Of a stretch of DNA of 64,000 nt, positions 32,961 to 44,169 are shown piece after piece (the first letter of the stretch is position 1; every line of letters begins with the position of its first letter). The notes under the pieces were generated by a model. The model worked only from the letters and a program-made list of their open reading frames with translations, was not told the origin of the DNA and searched no databases. The position numbers and the translations under genes are program-made. This DNA is from Podarcis erhardii. Lineage: Eukaryota. The DNA lies in NCBI GenBank assembly GCA_964252035.1, contig OZ176201.1. The stretch is one strand, 5' to 3'.

Positions 32961-33318
32961 CTGCTGCGGCGGAGCAGCCCGGGGAAGGGGGCGGGGCTTC
33001 GCGGCGGGGCCGGAAGCGCGCGGCCGCGGCGGGGCGGGGCTTGCGTCCCCCAGTGCAGGAGGAGGGACGAAGGAGGCGGCAGCAGCGGAGCTGAGGCGGC
33101 GGAAGCGCCTGGGCTGCTCGTCGCGGAAGTCGCTGCCGCTGCCCTGCCCTCGCATGGCGGCCGCTGGGCACCGCTGGCCGCGATCTTCGGGACTGGCCGC
33201 GACGCCGGAGAGAGGCCTCCGCCAGCGAGAGGCCCGGGAGGCGTAAGGCGGGCCAGGCCGCCGGGCGACCGCCGCCGTTTCCTCTCCGTCTCCTGCAGGA
33301 TCGGTGACCGCGGAGGTG

Positions 33319-33410
33319 ATGGGGAAATACTTCCTGACCCTGAGCGTCCTCAAGGGGCCCTGGGACCAAGTCTTCGCCGCCTTCTGGCAGCGCTATCCGA
33401 ACCCCTACAG
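33319..33410 (+). CDS. PRELID1: PRELID1 exon 1
   Basis: MGKYFLTLSVLKGPWDQVFAAFWQRYPNPY; donor gtgag. Confidence 0.95.
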
Positions 33411-36400
33411 GTGAGCGCGGGCCGTGGGGTCTCCTCTCCCTCACTGGAGGAAGTGAAAAGGGCTGGGCTGGGCTGGGGGGGGGCACAGTGGGAGATGCCG
33501 GGCGACAGCCTGACAGAGCGATACTTTCTCCCTCCCGTGATCCCTGCTCCCGTCACTGGCTCCGGAGCAAGCCCCATACATTTGGGGTGGCCCCGCACTC
33601 GGGGCAGATGCGGCATTCCCAGCCCGAGCCTGTTCACGTACATACAGGCTGCTCGGTTGAGGCTTGCCGCTAGGGGGCGTGCGTCGGGGTGCTCACAGCC
33701 CCGACTTGGTGGGCTCAACCTGGCGATCTGTGCTGCCCCCAGCGGCGGCCTCAAGACGGGGTAATGCAGTGGGGAGAAGTCTGGCGGAAGACGTACGTGC
33801 TGGTGAAGCAGTTGCCTTTCTTCTCTGCCTTGGCCAAGGCCGCTGCATGAACCTTTCACCTAGTGCGCCGGGAGAGACTTTGTGGCCATCTGGGTGTAAT
33901 CTTTGATAGCCTCTTCTTTGAGGCTAAGCCGTCGGAGCTTGCTGTTTACCGATCATTTGGATTTTGGGAGGTGGGGCAGGGCAGGGATTTCTATAAACAG
34001 GAGTAATTAAGATCAAAAAGATTTGCTAGATGATAGATTAGCACAGGAGGTACGGGTGTGGTGTGTGTAAAAAGTTTGCTCTGGAAGAGCCATTTTCAAA
34101 TGCCACAGGCAACCTTTTATTTTTGCCTGTTGCCTTGACTCTTGAGGAAACCATCCTCTTAATCAGGCTTCCTCAAACTCGGCCCTCCAGATATTTTTGG
34201 CCTACAACTCCCATGATCCCTAGCTAGCAGGACCAGTGGTCAGGGATGATGGGAATTGTAGTCTCAAAACATCTGGAGGGCCTAGTTAGGGCTCTTAACA
34301 CTGCTGTAAAAGTGCACATGCACAGATTTGTGTTTTCATTAGGGATCAGTTGATTAAAACCAACTACTAGCTTCTGCTGGTGATTGACTCACCTGTAAAT
34401 CACTTGACCTCACCGGGACCTTAGGTACCGTAATCCTTTTTTCCTTTGCAGAGTGACTTGAACTCAAGCTGAGCTACAAAGAAAGATCCCAGCCAATCTA
34501 AGCAGGGCTTGAAGTCAGCACTGATTAGCTGAGTGGCACTGTCATTAAGCCTCAATTTTGGCTAGGGTCAGCTACACTTGGGAGCTCTGCAGCTCTCTAA
34601 GCCACATGTTAACATCATACATGCCATCTAGTGGAGGTGGCTTGGGAAAAAGAGCCAAACCGGGGCCTAAGTGGGACAGAGGGAAGCAGTCCAGCTAGGA
34701 ATGGCATTCTGCTCTGCTGAGTGACTGGAGAGGAGGCAATGTACTCTTGTCACATGATTATACACTTAGGAAAGCTTAGAACAGCCTTCCCCTAATCTGG
34801 TGCCCTCTGGGACTACCAACTCCTATCTGCCCCAACCAACATGGACAACAGCCAGGGATGATCAGAGTTGTACTCCAAAAAAACAACTGGAGGGAACCAG
34901 TTGAGGAAGCACAGCTTAAAATGAATTTGCTAGATTCTCTTCTCTCCTCCCCAGCAAACATGTCCTGACAGAAGACATTATACACCGAGAGGTGACAGAA
35001 GACCAGAAGCTGCTTTCCAGGCGGCTCCTCACCAAGACCAACAGGATGCCTCGCTGGGCAGAGCGCTTCTTTCCATCCAATGTCGCCCACTCTGTCTACA
35101 TCCTTGAAGATTCCATTGTGGACCCAATGAACCGAACCATGACCACATTCACCTGGAACATTAATCACGCGCGTCTTATGGTGAGCAGGCTTTGAGCAGG
35201 GCTAGCAGCATAAACTCTTGCTGTGTTTCGTCCTATGGGGAGAGTTGATGGTCATTTTGTTGTGCCATCTCTTGTGCCTTGCAGGTGGTGGAGGAGCGGT
35301 GTGTTTACAGAGAGAACCCTGAAAACAGTGGCTGGACAGAAGTCCAGCGGGAAGCTTGGGTTTCCTCCACTCTGTTTGGTGTCTCACGTGCTGTCCAGGT
35401 GAGTGGTCAGTGACCTGTGTCTCTTGATATACTTCAGCTGCAAAGAGGCAGTCTTAGAAGAGCTCAACATGATGGCTACCTCTGGGTAGTTTTGTAACTG
35501 GAAACTAGGGCTGGGCGATATCAGCTTTTCAACACTGCTGTGTATCACCAGCCAAACATCACAGTTTGGTGATATACCCCAGTATTGAAAAAACAAGATG
35601 CATTGGCCTCTGCCCGCGAGACACCAGGTGAAACTGCCCCAGCTCTCGCCTCAGGCGCAGCATTGGGGCTCCTTTGACTGCTTGCTGCAGGGAGGAATTC
35701 AGGAGTGGTGGCAGTTTCACCAGCGATATACTGCTGAGTGAAACTGACATCACGGTCTGCTCCTCATACAGCTGCTGGCCGATATATTAATATATCACCC
35801 AGGTCTACTAGGAACATAGCTGATGGGCCAGGCTGATTCCTCCGAGTTCAGGTTGTGTAAATGAGTGGACTCTGGCGGCATTCATTATTCTTTTCTCTGC
35901 TCACTCCCCCTGTATTCTTGTTTTAGGAGTTTGGCTTGGCCAGGTTCAAAAGCAATGTGACCAAGAGCACCAAAGGGTTTGAGTACGTGCTGGCCAAAAT
36001 GCAAGGTGAGTACTGTTACTAAGCCTCCAGCATTGTTAGCATATTCAGGTTCTAAAAAGCACACAGATCACCAGTGCCAATATTTCCCCCCTTTAGTTTA
36101 CTGCACCCATGAAAGCATGTAAATTTTGTTGGGAGACCAGCAAATTTGCTGCATCAACCGGAGGCTAGCACCGAGTAGGGTAGGGCTTGTTCCCTTTTCT
36201 GCAGGAAGTTCCAAGAGAGTTTTGGGTTGCTAATTTCACCAGTCCTGCTCCAGAGTAGTTTTAGCATTCTAAACCAAGGAATGAGGTGAAGACAGAAAAT
36301 GCAGCTTTAGAATGTCTGGAACTACCTTTTGGGGGGCAGGCGTCTTCTGTGCTTGTTCTTGGTAAACCTGTAGACTTCCGATTTTTAGCTAGTAGCAATA

Positions 36401-36890
36401 TGGACTATTGAGAAAACAGAAGGAGTGTTGTTAAGAGCCATGACAAACAGATGGGAAATACATAAAACTCCAGTCTGTTGTTCAGAAACTGAGATGGTAA
36501 AACTGATAGGTATGGAGCTGGTAGTAAGTTTCCCTTTGGCTCCCCGTTTCTCTTTTTCCAGTTGGTGTTTCTCGTGAACATTAAGGCTAGATAAAATAAC
36601 ACTTCCTTAACTATGTGGAAGGAGATGCCCACTGTAGAGAGTGATACCTAAACAAACAGCAGCAGCAAACTAAAACGCTTACATTGATTTTTTGTTCAGA
36701 CCTTCAGGCAGTTCAGTGGACATACTTAAGAGCTTTTGGCTTTATTACAGGTGAAGCACCATCCAAAACCTTGGTGGAAACTGCAAAGGAGGCAACCGAG
36801 AAGGCCAAGGAGACTGCCTTGGCAGCAACTGAGAAAGCAAAGGACTTGGCTAGCAAGGCAGCTACTAAAAAGAAGCAGCAATATGTTTGA
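33319..36890 (+). CDS. PRELID1: PRELI domain-containing protein 1, mitochondrial, complete CDS (216 aa)
   Basis: 5 GT-AG exons: 33319-33410, 34955-35180, 35285-35398, 35927-36005, 36751-36890 (651 nt). WDQVFAAFWQRYPNPYSKHVLTEDI (PRELI domain) and a C-terminal LEA-like TAKEATEKAKE repeat. Confidence 0.97.
34165..34290. mobile_element. Palindromic hAT-like MITE
   Basis: GGCCCTCCAGAT...ACAACTCCCATGATCCCT / AGGGATGATGGGAATTGT...ATCTGGAGGGCC hairpin; related copies near 47270-47390 and 50035-50135. Confidence 0.65.
34955..35180 (+). CDS. PRELID1: PRELID1 exon 2
   Basis: KHVLTEDIIHREV...NINHARLM. Confidence 0.96.
35285..35398 (+). CDS. PRELID1: PRELID1 exon 3
   Basis: VVEERCVYRENPENSGWTEVQREAWVSS. 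Confidence 0.96.
35927..36005 (+). CDS. PRELID1: PRELID1 exon 4
   Basis: EFGLARFKSNVTKSTKGFEYVLAKMQ. Confidence 0.96.
36751..36890 (+). CDS. PRELID1: PRELID1 exon 5
   Basis: GEAPSKTLVETAKEATEKAKE...KKKQQYV*. Confidence 0.96.
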
Positions 36891-37070
36891 AAAAAAAACT
36901 CAGTTTTCCTGCTGTGGGGAATAGAATGCAACAAAATAATACTGGAAGGCTTACCTGTCTGTAACTAAGCGTCTCTTCCCTTGGGAAGCATGTCTCTAGC
37001 TTTTGTGTTTTTTTAAAATTGAAACTATACAAATCTGACAATCATCTTCTTTCTAAAAGGTGTAATTATC

Positions 37071-37076
37071 ATTAAA
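37071..37076 (+). terminator. PRELID1 poly(A) signal ATTAAA
   Basis: About 180 nt after the stop codon. Confidence 0.5.
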
Positions 37077-37992
37077 AGAATAGACTTCAAGTTAATCCAG
37101 TGCCAGGGCCTGTTCCTCAGGTGGGCACCAATTTTCAAAGCTGTGACTAAGCCAATAGAAGTCTTCCTGTTTACTTTACCTTCTATGCAACTTGGAGGTC
37201 TCTGTACATTATGATGTGGGTGTGAGTGGCTGCTGGTTAGCAAGTATGCTATAAACAGCCTCACACATGTTTTGCATTCTTAGGAGAAAACCAGATGAAT
37301 AGGATGCAAGAAATACTAGAATACTGCTGGGTACATAAGCGGATGGGTCACAAAACGGAAGCAATGTTTGTTTCGGGGAAAATCAGATACTTCAATTGGG
37401 TGGAATGTGCCATGGAATGAGAGCCCACTAGCCATTGTCCTAGCTGTTCCCAGCTCCCCTTGACACAACCCATTCCATGTTGAGGAATTGGAGATAAGAG
37501 CAACCTGGTTTTGCTAGCTTGTTCATCCTGCATTCCTGGAACTAAGTGCATATCTGCTATAAAGTTGGAATGATTCAGTATGTCATGGTCTACTGTTGCC
37601 CTTGTTGAGACTTGCTTCCAGTCCTTAACAGGCCAAGCCTACCTCCACTTTCTGACTAGATGAGACACACAAGCTTTCACAGCGGGTGGGGCACAGAAAA
37701 CCATATAGCTACCCCACGCACAGCGTAATCTGTCTGGTACACTTTAAGTGCTGTGGGGATCTCACCCTTCTTTCAGCCCTGTCCCATAATTGAGTAATCC
37801 AAGTCTTTTATCCAAGTCTCTAGAAAATGTTCCGGCTTGGTCTAGCAGAAAGGTAGAGGTACAACGTGGGTAGCACTGTCCTTTGCACCATGCAGAGTTT
37901 TGTTCAGAGCCAAATTCCATTCATGAAATCCTGGCTTTGCTGCTGGAAATCCATCTGGGTGAGAGCTGGCCTTATAACTAGGCTTCTGTCCA

Positions 37993-38111
37993 TCATAACC
38001 AAAAGTTGCTGGCACTGGAATAACTGTGTTCCTGCCCAGTGCTGAAGGCAGCCACAACATCCTCTTCAACGCTGCTGAACGCCAGACCTTCCACGTCCAC
38101 CTCTGCATCTT
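37993..38111 (-). CDS. MXD3: MXD3 exon 6
   Basis: [12 protein letters not shown]...[14 protein letters not shown]. Confidence 0.93.
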
Positions 38112-41100
38112 CTGTAGCAGAAAAAAAATACATCAGAGTTCTTTACCCATACAGGATCTAGTATCTTTTACAGACACTCCAGAAGGTCACTAGAGGCAAG
38201 GGAGCTGGGACACCTCCAGATGCTGCTGAACTGCAAAACCTGTCGTTCTTGGTCATACTTGCAGAGGGCTGACAGGAGTTGTAGTCTGGCAACATTTGGA
38301 GCTGTCACAAATTCCCCACCGCTGCCTTCCACAACCTGGTACTCTCCATGTTTTGGACTATAGCTCCCATCAACCTGAGCCAGCACAGTTGTGCTGGCTG
38401 AGACTGATGGGACTTATAGACCAAAACGTCTGGAAGGCACCAGGTTGAGGAAGGCTGTAGTAGGAAATGTCCAGTGTACCCTGCTCTTACACTTATGCCT
38501 TCAATAGAACGCGTCCAGCTATGGGGACCGCAGCACAGGCCATCCAATTGTACGGCAACACCCACCTGAATCGGAGCGTTCGGAGGAGAACCGAGAAGAG
38601 TCCAGGCTATCGGTTCGCAGCCTCTCCATGCTGGAATGAGCCAGCAACTCTTCCAGCTGCTGGTGCAGGTTCTGCTGCTCACAGCGTAGCCTCTCCTTCA
38701 GTTGCTGTGCTCTCTGCTCCTGCTCTTCCAGCTTCTGGAAGGGGAAAAGGGGTCAAGGACAATATCCAATAACTATAGCAAATGCTTCAGCTCCTTCCGG
38801 GTTCACCAGCTTTTGTGACTTTTTGGGAAGCAACATTGCACTTCCACCGCAGCTGTCCAGGAGGACTTTGATGTCTGGCTTATAAATTCCCTGGAAACAT
38901 TTGGGTGGCCACAGCTGCTGGCAAGATGAGAGATCACAGGGGTATGATCCAGCAGGGCCAAATGAAGCACCCAATGTGAATTAGTTCATATGCGGTAAAA
39001 TAAAAAGGTATACCCCTTAGCAATGCAACACACTGGTAAAATAAGAGGTTTAGTCACACTCAAGTGATTTTTCACCCCTCTGGAGGTTGGAAGCTGTTTG
39101 ATCCATTTCCAGCCCTACTCAGTAAATCTGTTGGATCCTGCTCATACACCGTCTGTCTCATGTGTTCCAAGTTTAAAGTACAAGGCTGGCAAGGCAACAT
39201 TGAAAAACAGCCAGTAAGCAGGGAAGTGTGTCGCTTACCTTAATATGCAGCCTGGCTCTGTGCAAAAGACTAAGGGTTGTGTAACGAGAGCACTCAGTGT
39301 TCATGGGGACCTGTTGCTTAAGCTGATCCAAACAATGACGCAGCTGAGCCCTCCTGCCAGAGAAAAAGAGATCACAATGTGGGTTCGATGCATGAGATGA
39401 CACGGGAGCTCACCATGTCTCTGGGTAAGGCCTTGAGGCAACTTCCAGGCCCTTACAAAATTGGAAAATGTGTGCCTGTCTCCTCTAGCTAGAGAGCTAT
39501 AGTCCTCCATGTAGTCCAGATCTCAGACTTCATTGTAATTAATTAACTTTATGTACGGAGGGGGAAACAGAACCAGATCTCGTCATCTGCCTGCAACTCT
39601 TACATGCCTGTCTTCCTCAATCCAAGCAAGCTGATATGGGTAGATGGATAAAGGTAGAAGATGTATACAAATTGGGATGGTTATAATAAGTAGCATGAGC
39701 AGAATTACAGACACCCAGATCTAACCAACATGGCTTTCTTCCCATCTCTCATTGTATAGAAATCCTGGTAGAGTGATCCATGGCTACTGCATGCAGGATC
39801 TTAACAGTTGGAAAGCCCTACCATAAGAACACAGAACTAAAAACTGGCCCAAACGAGTGGTCTCAGAAGATCCATAACACGGTCTTCGTCTAGTTATCAG
39901 AGAGGGGTGTGTGTGTGTGTGTGTGTGTGTGTGTATCAGATCGAAGTGATTTGTGTGTGGAGGCGATTAACTCCTTCAGACGTCTTTTAACTTCTTTAAA
40001 AAAACACAGGAGTTCCAATCATGGCTTTCCTGACATCTCATCTATTTACTGTAGGTATTGAGTTTTATGGTCTAAGTTGAACATCTTGTGATCCTCTACC
40101 CCAATGGAAAAAACATGTGAGCATTTTAAATTAAACCAGGAACTCAAAAAAGGCATTTTGGCAAGATATGATGTACAGGGATTGACAATTATGCAAGGTT
40201 AATCAGGAGTGACAAATTTATCACGTGGCACCTTCATTGCAGGAGGTGCCAAGATCTCAATGCTGAAGAGTCAAGACCAGGGGTCAGCAAACTTTTTCAG
40301 CAGGGGGCCGATCCAATGTCCCTCAGACCTTGTTGGGGGCTGGACTTTTTTTTTTTTTAAATGAACGAATTCCTATGCCCCACAAATAATCCAGAGATGC
40401 ATTTTAAATAAAAGCACACATTCTACCCATGTAAAAACACACTGACTCCCGGACTGTCTGCGGGCCAGATTTAGAAGGCGATTGGGCTGGATCCGGCCCG
40501 CGGGCCTTAATTTGCCTACCCATGGTCAATACACTTTATTTACTTAGCTGTGGTAAGTACATGTTAACTTTATCACAATTTGATTGGAAAGTATGTATAG
40601 TCCTTCAAATATTTCACATACTTCTTCCCTTCCATCACCCTCCATGGACATTTTCCTATGTGCATCTCCATTTAAAAATAAAATCCTATACAAAACTAGT
40701 GGTCAACAGCATGCTAACTCCTTATACAAAAATTCGGTGCACATCTCCTAAGTTTGGCAAGGTAGAAGTGGCCTGGGGCAGCCTTCTTACTCAGCTGTAA
40801 AATGCTTTTGCTACTTCATGAATTTCATCTCTCTACTTAGACAGGAAGTGCTCTTATAAAGAGCAGCTGCTATGTTCAGTGCTGTCAACTCCCACTTCCT
40901 ACTGAACATGATAAATGAGAAACTACCCCTCTTCTCCCCGCAACCCCAGCCCTTCCTATATGAAAATTTACCTGTGCTTCTCCAGCTCATTGTGCACAGT
41001 TCTGAAATGAAAGAAGAATAGGGAATAAGATTAATGCATCACATTTAGATTTATAGAAAAATGATAGTTGGTTTTGTTCACATTGTCCACTGAGACAGAA

Positions 41101-42879
41101 AGTTCTCATTCAGTCCCAGTAAAATCCTACCTTCCCAAAGCTCAGTGTCTACTATCCACATAGTGAATATGCAGGACAGGAGAGGAAGAAGATCCATTTC
41201 ATTCTCTAAAGTAGTTTATGAAGAAGCCCAGTAACTGGCACTGTACTGGACCAGTCAAGGTCCTGTTTGCAACATCATCAGAAACCCACACATCCAAGGA
41301 CCCAAGAAACATGTAATAAATAGTGCAAATCCCTAAGTCTGGGGTGGCAGGTACAAGCCTGAGGTAATGTAAAACTAAATGCCTATTTGAGAAGAGTCAG
41401 ATTTCACAGAGAAAATGACAAGTGCAACAGCACACTGCAAGAGGTGGGTGTAACTATTTCTGCAGTAAGAAAGTCGAGAGGTGGTACATAGCTCAGGGAT
41501 GGAGCATATGGTTTGCATGTAGAAGGTTCCAGTTTCAATCCTTAACATCTCTAGGTAGGGCTACAAAAGACCACTGCCAGCTAGTATAGACCAGGCAGGC
41601 AATGTTGTGCTCTCAAAATGTTGTTGGATGGCAACACAGCTGCATGGCTAATTTGCAAGGATGATGGGAGATGGCACTCCGACATCAAATTGGCTACGCC
41701 TGGCATATAGACAGCAATAGAGCTAGGTGGACTAATGCTCTGACTCAAGATAAGGCCGTTTCCTATGTTCTCATGCTTGTGGTTGCGTGACAGTGGCACA
41801 ACTGGTTTTAAAGAACCAGATGTCAGGAATAGTCATAACTGCTAACCTCTATGCCAGGAATGCAGCTCCTCGGAGCTTGCACAATGTCACAGGAAATATG
41901 CAACCATCAATTAAAGCATTTTGTTTCCTGCAATTAGGACTTCTGTCTCCTATTGGATAGTAACGCAGTAGGGTATAGAAACCTCGGGGTCCATGTATTG
42001 AAATGTGAGCCTTGCTCCAGTGGAAAATGTAAAAGCAAAACAAAATACCTAGTCCAATTCCTGAGCAAGGTAAAACCAATGAAAGAGGAGGTTTTGATTT
42101 TCTTAAACCACAAAGCCAAAAACTGATGTCCAGGAGAGAGAAACAACTCAACTGGTGGCTATGGCTTGTATCCAACTAATTTAATTCAGAGTAGACACAC
42201 TGAAATTCATGGATCAGTATTAATCAAACCCAGTAACTTCAGGTCTACTGTCCATACAACTAATGCTGCATTCAAAACTGGTTGCCTCATGTAATATATG
42301 AGCATTTTGTTTCTGGTGGCGACCCCATCACTTTGAAGAAGCGCTTTGCCAACCTCGCTGAGATTTCACACCCCCATCTTCTTTATTTTTATTTCGCTAT
42401 ATAGACTTCTATTTTCAGTTAGTCCATCACCAGATATTCCACTGCAGTTCCAATGGCAATAGTAGAACAAAACCCGGACTCTTACCTGAGGTTTTTCAGG
42501 GCATTCCGAGGCTTGGGCCTCTTCCGGGGCTGCAACGAGTCTTTCCCGGAGTAAGGGGACAGCGAAGCGTAGCCATGTTCGGCTTCTGCGAGACAAAATC
42601 CGAGGCTCGGAACGATTTCGCCTCCGCACCATTTAATAACCCCCAGCCCACTTCTTTTCTAAGGAAGAAACCCACCACCCCATTCCTCCGCCCCACTCCC
42701 ACGGAGGACAGCCGGTCCTGCCTGCCTCCGATCGAGGCAGCCACAGTATGGCCCTCATACCCCGCACAGCCAAGCCACCGCCCCCGACCCTGAGATAGGC
42801 AGGTGGTACCTCTCTCCCTGCGCTCCAGGTACTCCGCCGCTTGCAGCAGCACCTGAATGTTGCTGGCCATGAGCTCCAT
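37993..42879 (-). CDS. MXD3: MAX dimerization protein 3, complete CDS (200 aa)
   Basis: 6 GT-AG exons: 42810-42879, 42486-42585, 40972-41001, 39239-39353, 38566-38734, 37993-38111 (603 nt). Sin3-interaction domain [13 protein letters not shown] and bHLH-Zip [12 protein letters not shown]; position next to PRELID1 as in human. Confidence 0.95.
38566..38734 (-). CDS. MXD3: MXD3 exon 5 (leucine zipper)
   Basis: [16 protein letters not shown]...[15 protein letters not shown]. Confidence 0.94.
39239..39353 (-). CDS. MXD3: MXD3 exon 4 (HLH)
   Basis: [16 protein letters not shown]...[15 protein letters not shown]. Confidence 0.95.
39907..39933. repeat. (GT)n microsatellite
   Basis: Direct reading. 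Confidence 0.9.
40278..40524. mobile_element. hAT (Charlie-like) MITE
   Basis: CAGGGGTCAGCAA / TTGCCTACCCATG ends; 8-bp TSD GTCAAGAC / GTCAATAC. Confidence 0.8.
40972..41001 (-). CDS. MXD3: MXD3 exon 3 (30-nt micro-exon, basic region)
   Basis: [10 protein letters not shown]; cag/gtaaa. Confidence 0.93.
41476..41770 (+). mobile_element. Old tRNA-headed SINE with CR1-like tail
   Basis: TAGCTCAG...GAGCAT head and ...TTCCTATGTTC tail; related copy at 43455-43790. Confidence 0.5.
42486..42585 (-). CDS. MXD3: MXD3 exon 2
   Basis: [16 protein letters not shown]...; cag/gtaag. Confidence 0.93.
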
Positions 42880-43350
42880 GACAACAGACTCGGACCGAGC
42901 GAAGACTTTGTTACACCGTAACCGACCCACTGACTTCGGCTCCGGCTCCGCCCCCTCGAACGCTCCGAGGTTCTAACCCCGCCTCTTCGAACCCTGGCGG
43001 CAGCCGCGGCAGGCCTCGGAACCGGCTCCAGTTTTGGCGCGGGCCGAAAGCTTCGCTGCAGCAGCCGGGAGCTGCTTTTTGAACTGCCCGGAACTCCCAA
43101 CACCCGTGACCCTCTGGAGCTCCGCGAGCCCACCCAGCTGACTTGTTTTGAATCTCACCCTGCGGCGGACGTGGCCTGGGGAACTAGCGCTCTCATTGGC
43201 TGAAAGGCTTGACCAGGCGTGGCTACGTCACTGCAGTTTCAAAACAAATTCGGGCGGGAAAAGGACGGGGCTTCAAATTTGAATTGGAGGCGGGGCCATC
43301 GCTCGCCAGCGGGAGTACTGTATATTGACGTGAGGGATTTTTAAAAATAA
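42490..43350 (-). promoter_or_regulatory. MXD3 CpG island and cell-cycle-type promoter
   Basis: CpG-rich. E2F site TTTTCCCGCC (43253-43262, - strand); CHR-type TTTGAA/TTCAAA at 43078, 43147, 43238, 43272 and 43278; CCAAT boxes at 43195 and 43283; CRE-like sites at 43224 and 43326; GC box near 43288. Confidence 0.75.
42810..42879 (-). CDS. MXD3: MXD3 exon 1 (SID)
   Basis: [23 protein letters not shown]. Confidence 0.93.
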
Positions 43351-43454
43351 GGTTTCTAGGAGGAGGTCAGGCTTCTAACACCTCAGAATTCAGAGTAGTT
43401 CCCTCGTTCGTAGGTACTGTCGACAATTTAGACTAGAACCCCTCGCTTCACGTG

Positions 43455-43790
43455 TCGCTCAGTAGTAGAGCAGGTGCTTTGCATGCAGAAGGTCTCAGGC
43501 GCAATCTCCAGGTAGAACTAGCAAAGACCCCTTGTCTGACCCGTTGCAGAGAGTAGCTCATAGCTGTCAACTTTCGGATTTGAAAATAAGGGATCAGCAG
43601 CCTCACCTGTCCCGGAGACAGTCTACGGGATATCTAAGAATCTGGGATAGCAGCGAGAAACAGCGCTGAAATAAGGGAAGTTCCCTCAAAAAAAGGGAAG
43701 GTTGACAGCTATGGAGTAGCTGCCAGTCAGTGGGCAACACTGAGGCAGATGGCCCATCCAGTGCCCTACCTTGGGGCAGCTTCCTATATG
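43455..43790 (+). mobile_element. Old tRNA-headed SINE interrupted by the hAT MITE
   Basis: GCTCAGTAGTAGAGC head and GCAGCTTCCTAT tail. Confidence 0.5.
43559..43713. mobile_element. hAT MITE, 155 bp
   Basis: Perfect 13-bp TIR CATAGCTGTCAAC and perfect 8-bp TSD GAGTAGCT. Confidence 0.9.
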
Positions 43791-44169
43791 TATGCATGGG
43801 AAAGGTGCAAGAGAATTTAAGGCCTCCTCTTGTCACCACAACTCCTGTGGTTGGGGAGGGTAAGAAGAGTGCCCTGTGAAAGAAGTAACCTGGGCTCACT
43901 ATTATAGTGCAACAAGATAATTTCTCATAGGGAAAACAAAGTTAATCTGTCACATATTGCTGTTATTTAATACAATAGTTTACATGAACATGCATAATTT
44001 AAAGTAAGAGTGTGTGTGTGTGTGTGTGTGTTTAACATGCATACCCTGACTGATTTCCAGTCACATAAGGTACTCATATTTTCCTTATAGAGTTGGGCAT
44101 GTGAATGTATACTCTTCACCACATCCACACAGTTATAATTTTAACAAACACTGTGGGGAAGCGCCTCAA

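Larger units (their letters stand above)
32560..33780. promoter_or_regulatory. CpG island, bidirectional RAB24/PRELID1 promoter
   Basis: Very GC- and CpG-rich. Contains GC boxes (GGGGCGGGGC), several CGGAAG ETS/GABP-type motifs (33000-33130) and a YY1-type ATGGCGG at 33154. Flanked by divergent genes. Confidence 0.85.

Noticed and set aside
32543-33859. Several long overlapping ORFs (183-304 aa) on both strands
   Set aside because: They lie in the GC-rich CpG island where stop codons are rare. The translations are low-complexity Arg/Gly/Ala/Pro, and only 33319-33410 is true PRELID1 coding sequence.
41480-41560. tRNA-like sequence (also near 43455, 4516, 53040 and 57370)
   Set aside because: There is no complete cloverleaf; these are SINE heads followed by SINE bodies.
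42496-43133. 144-aa and 166-aa minus-strand ORFs at MXD3
   Set aside because: These are CpG-island ORFs. Only 42810-42879 is coding; the upstream in-frame extension (MGRLRCNK...) has no support.
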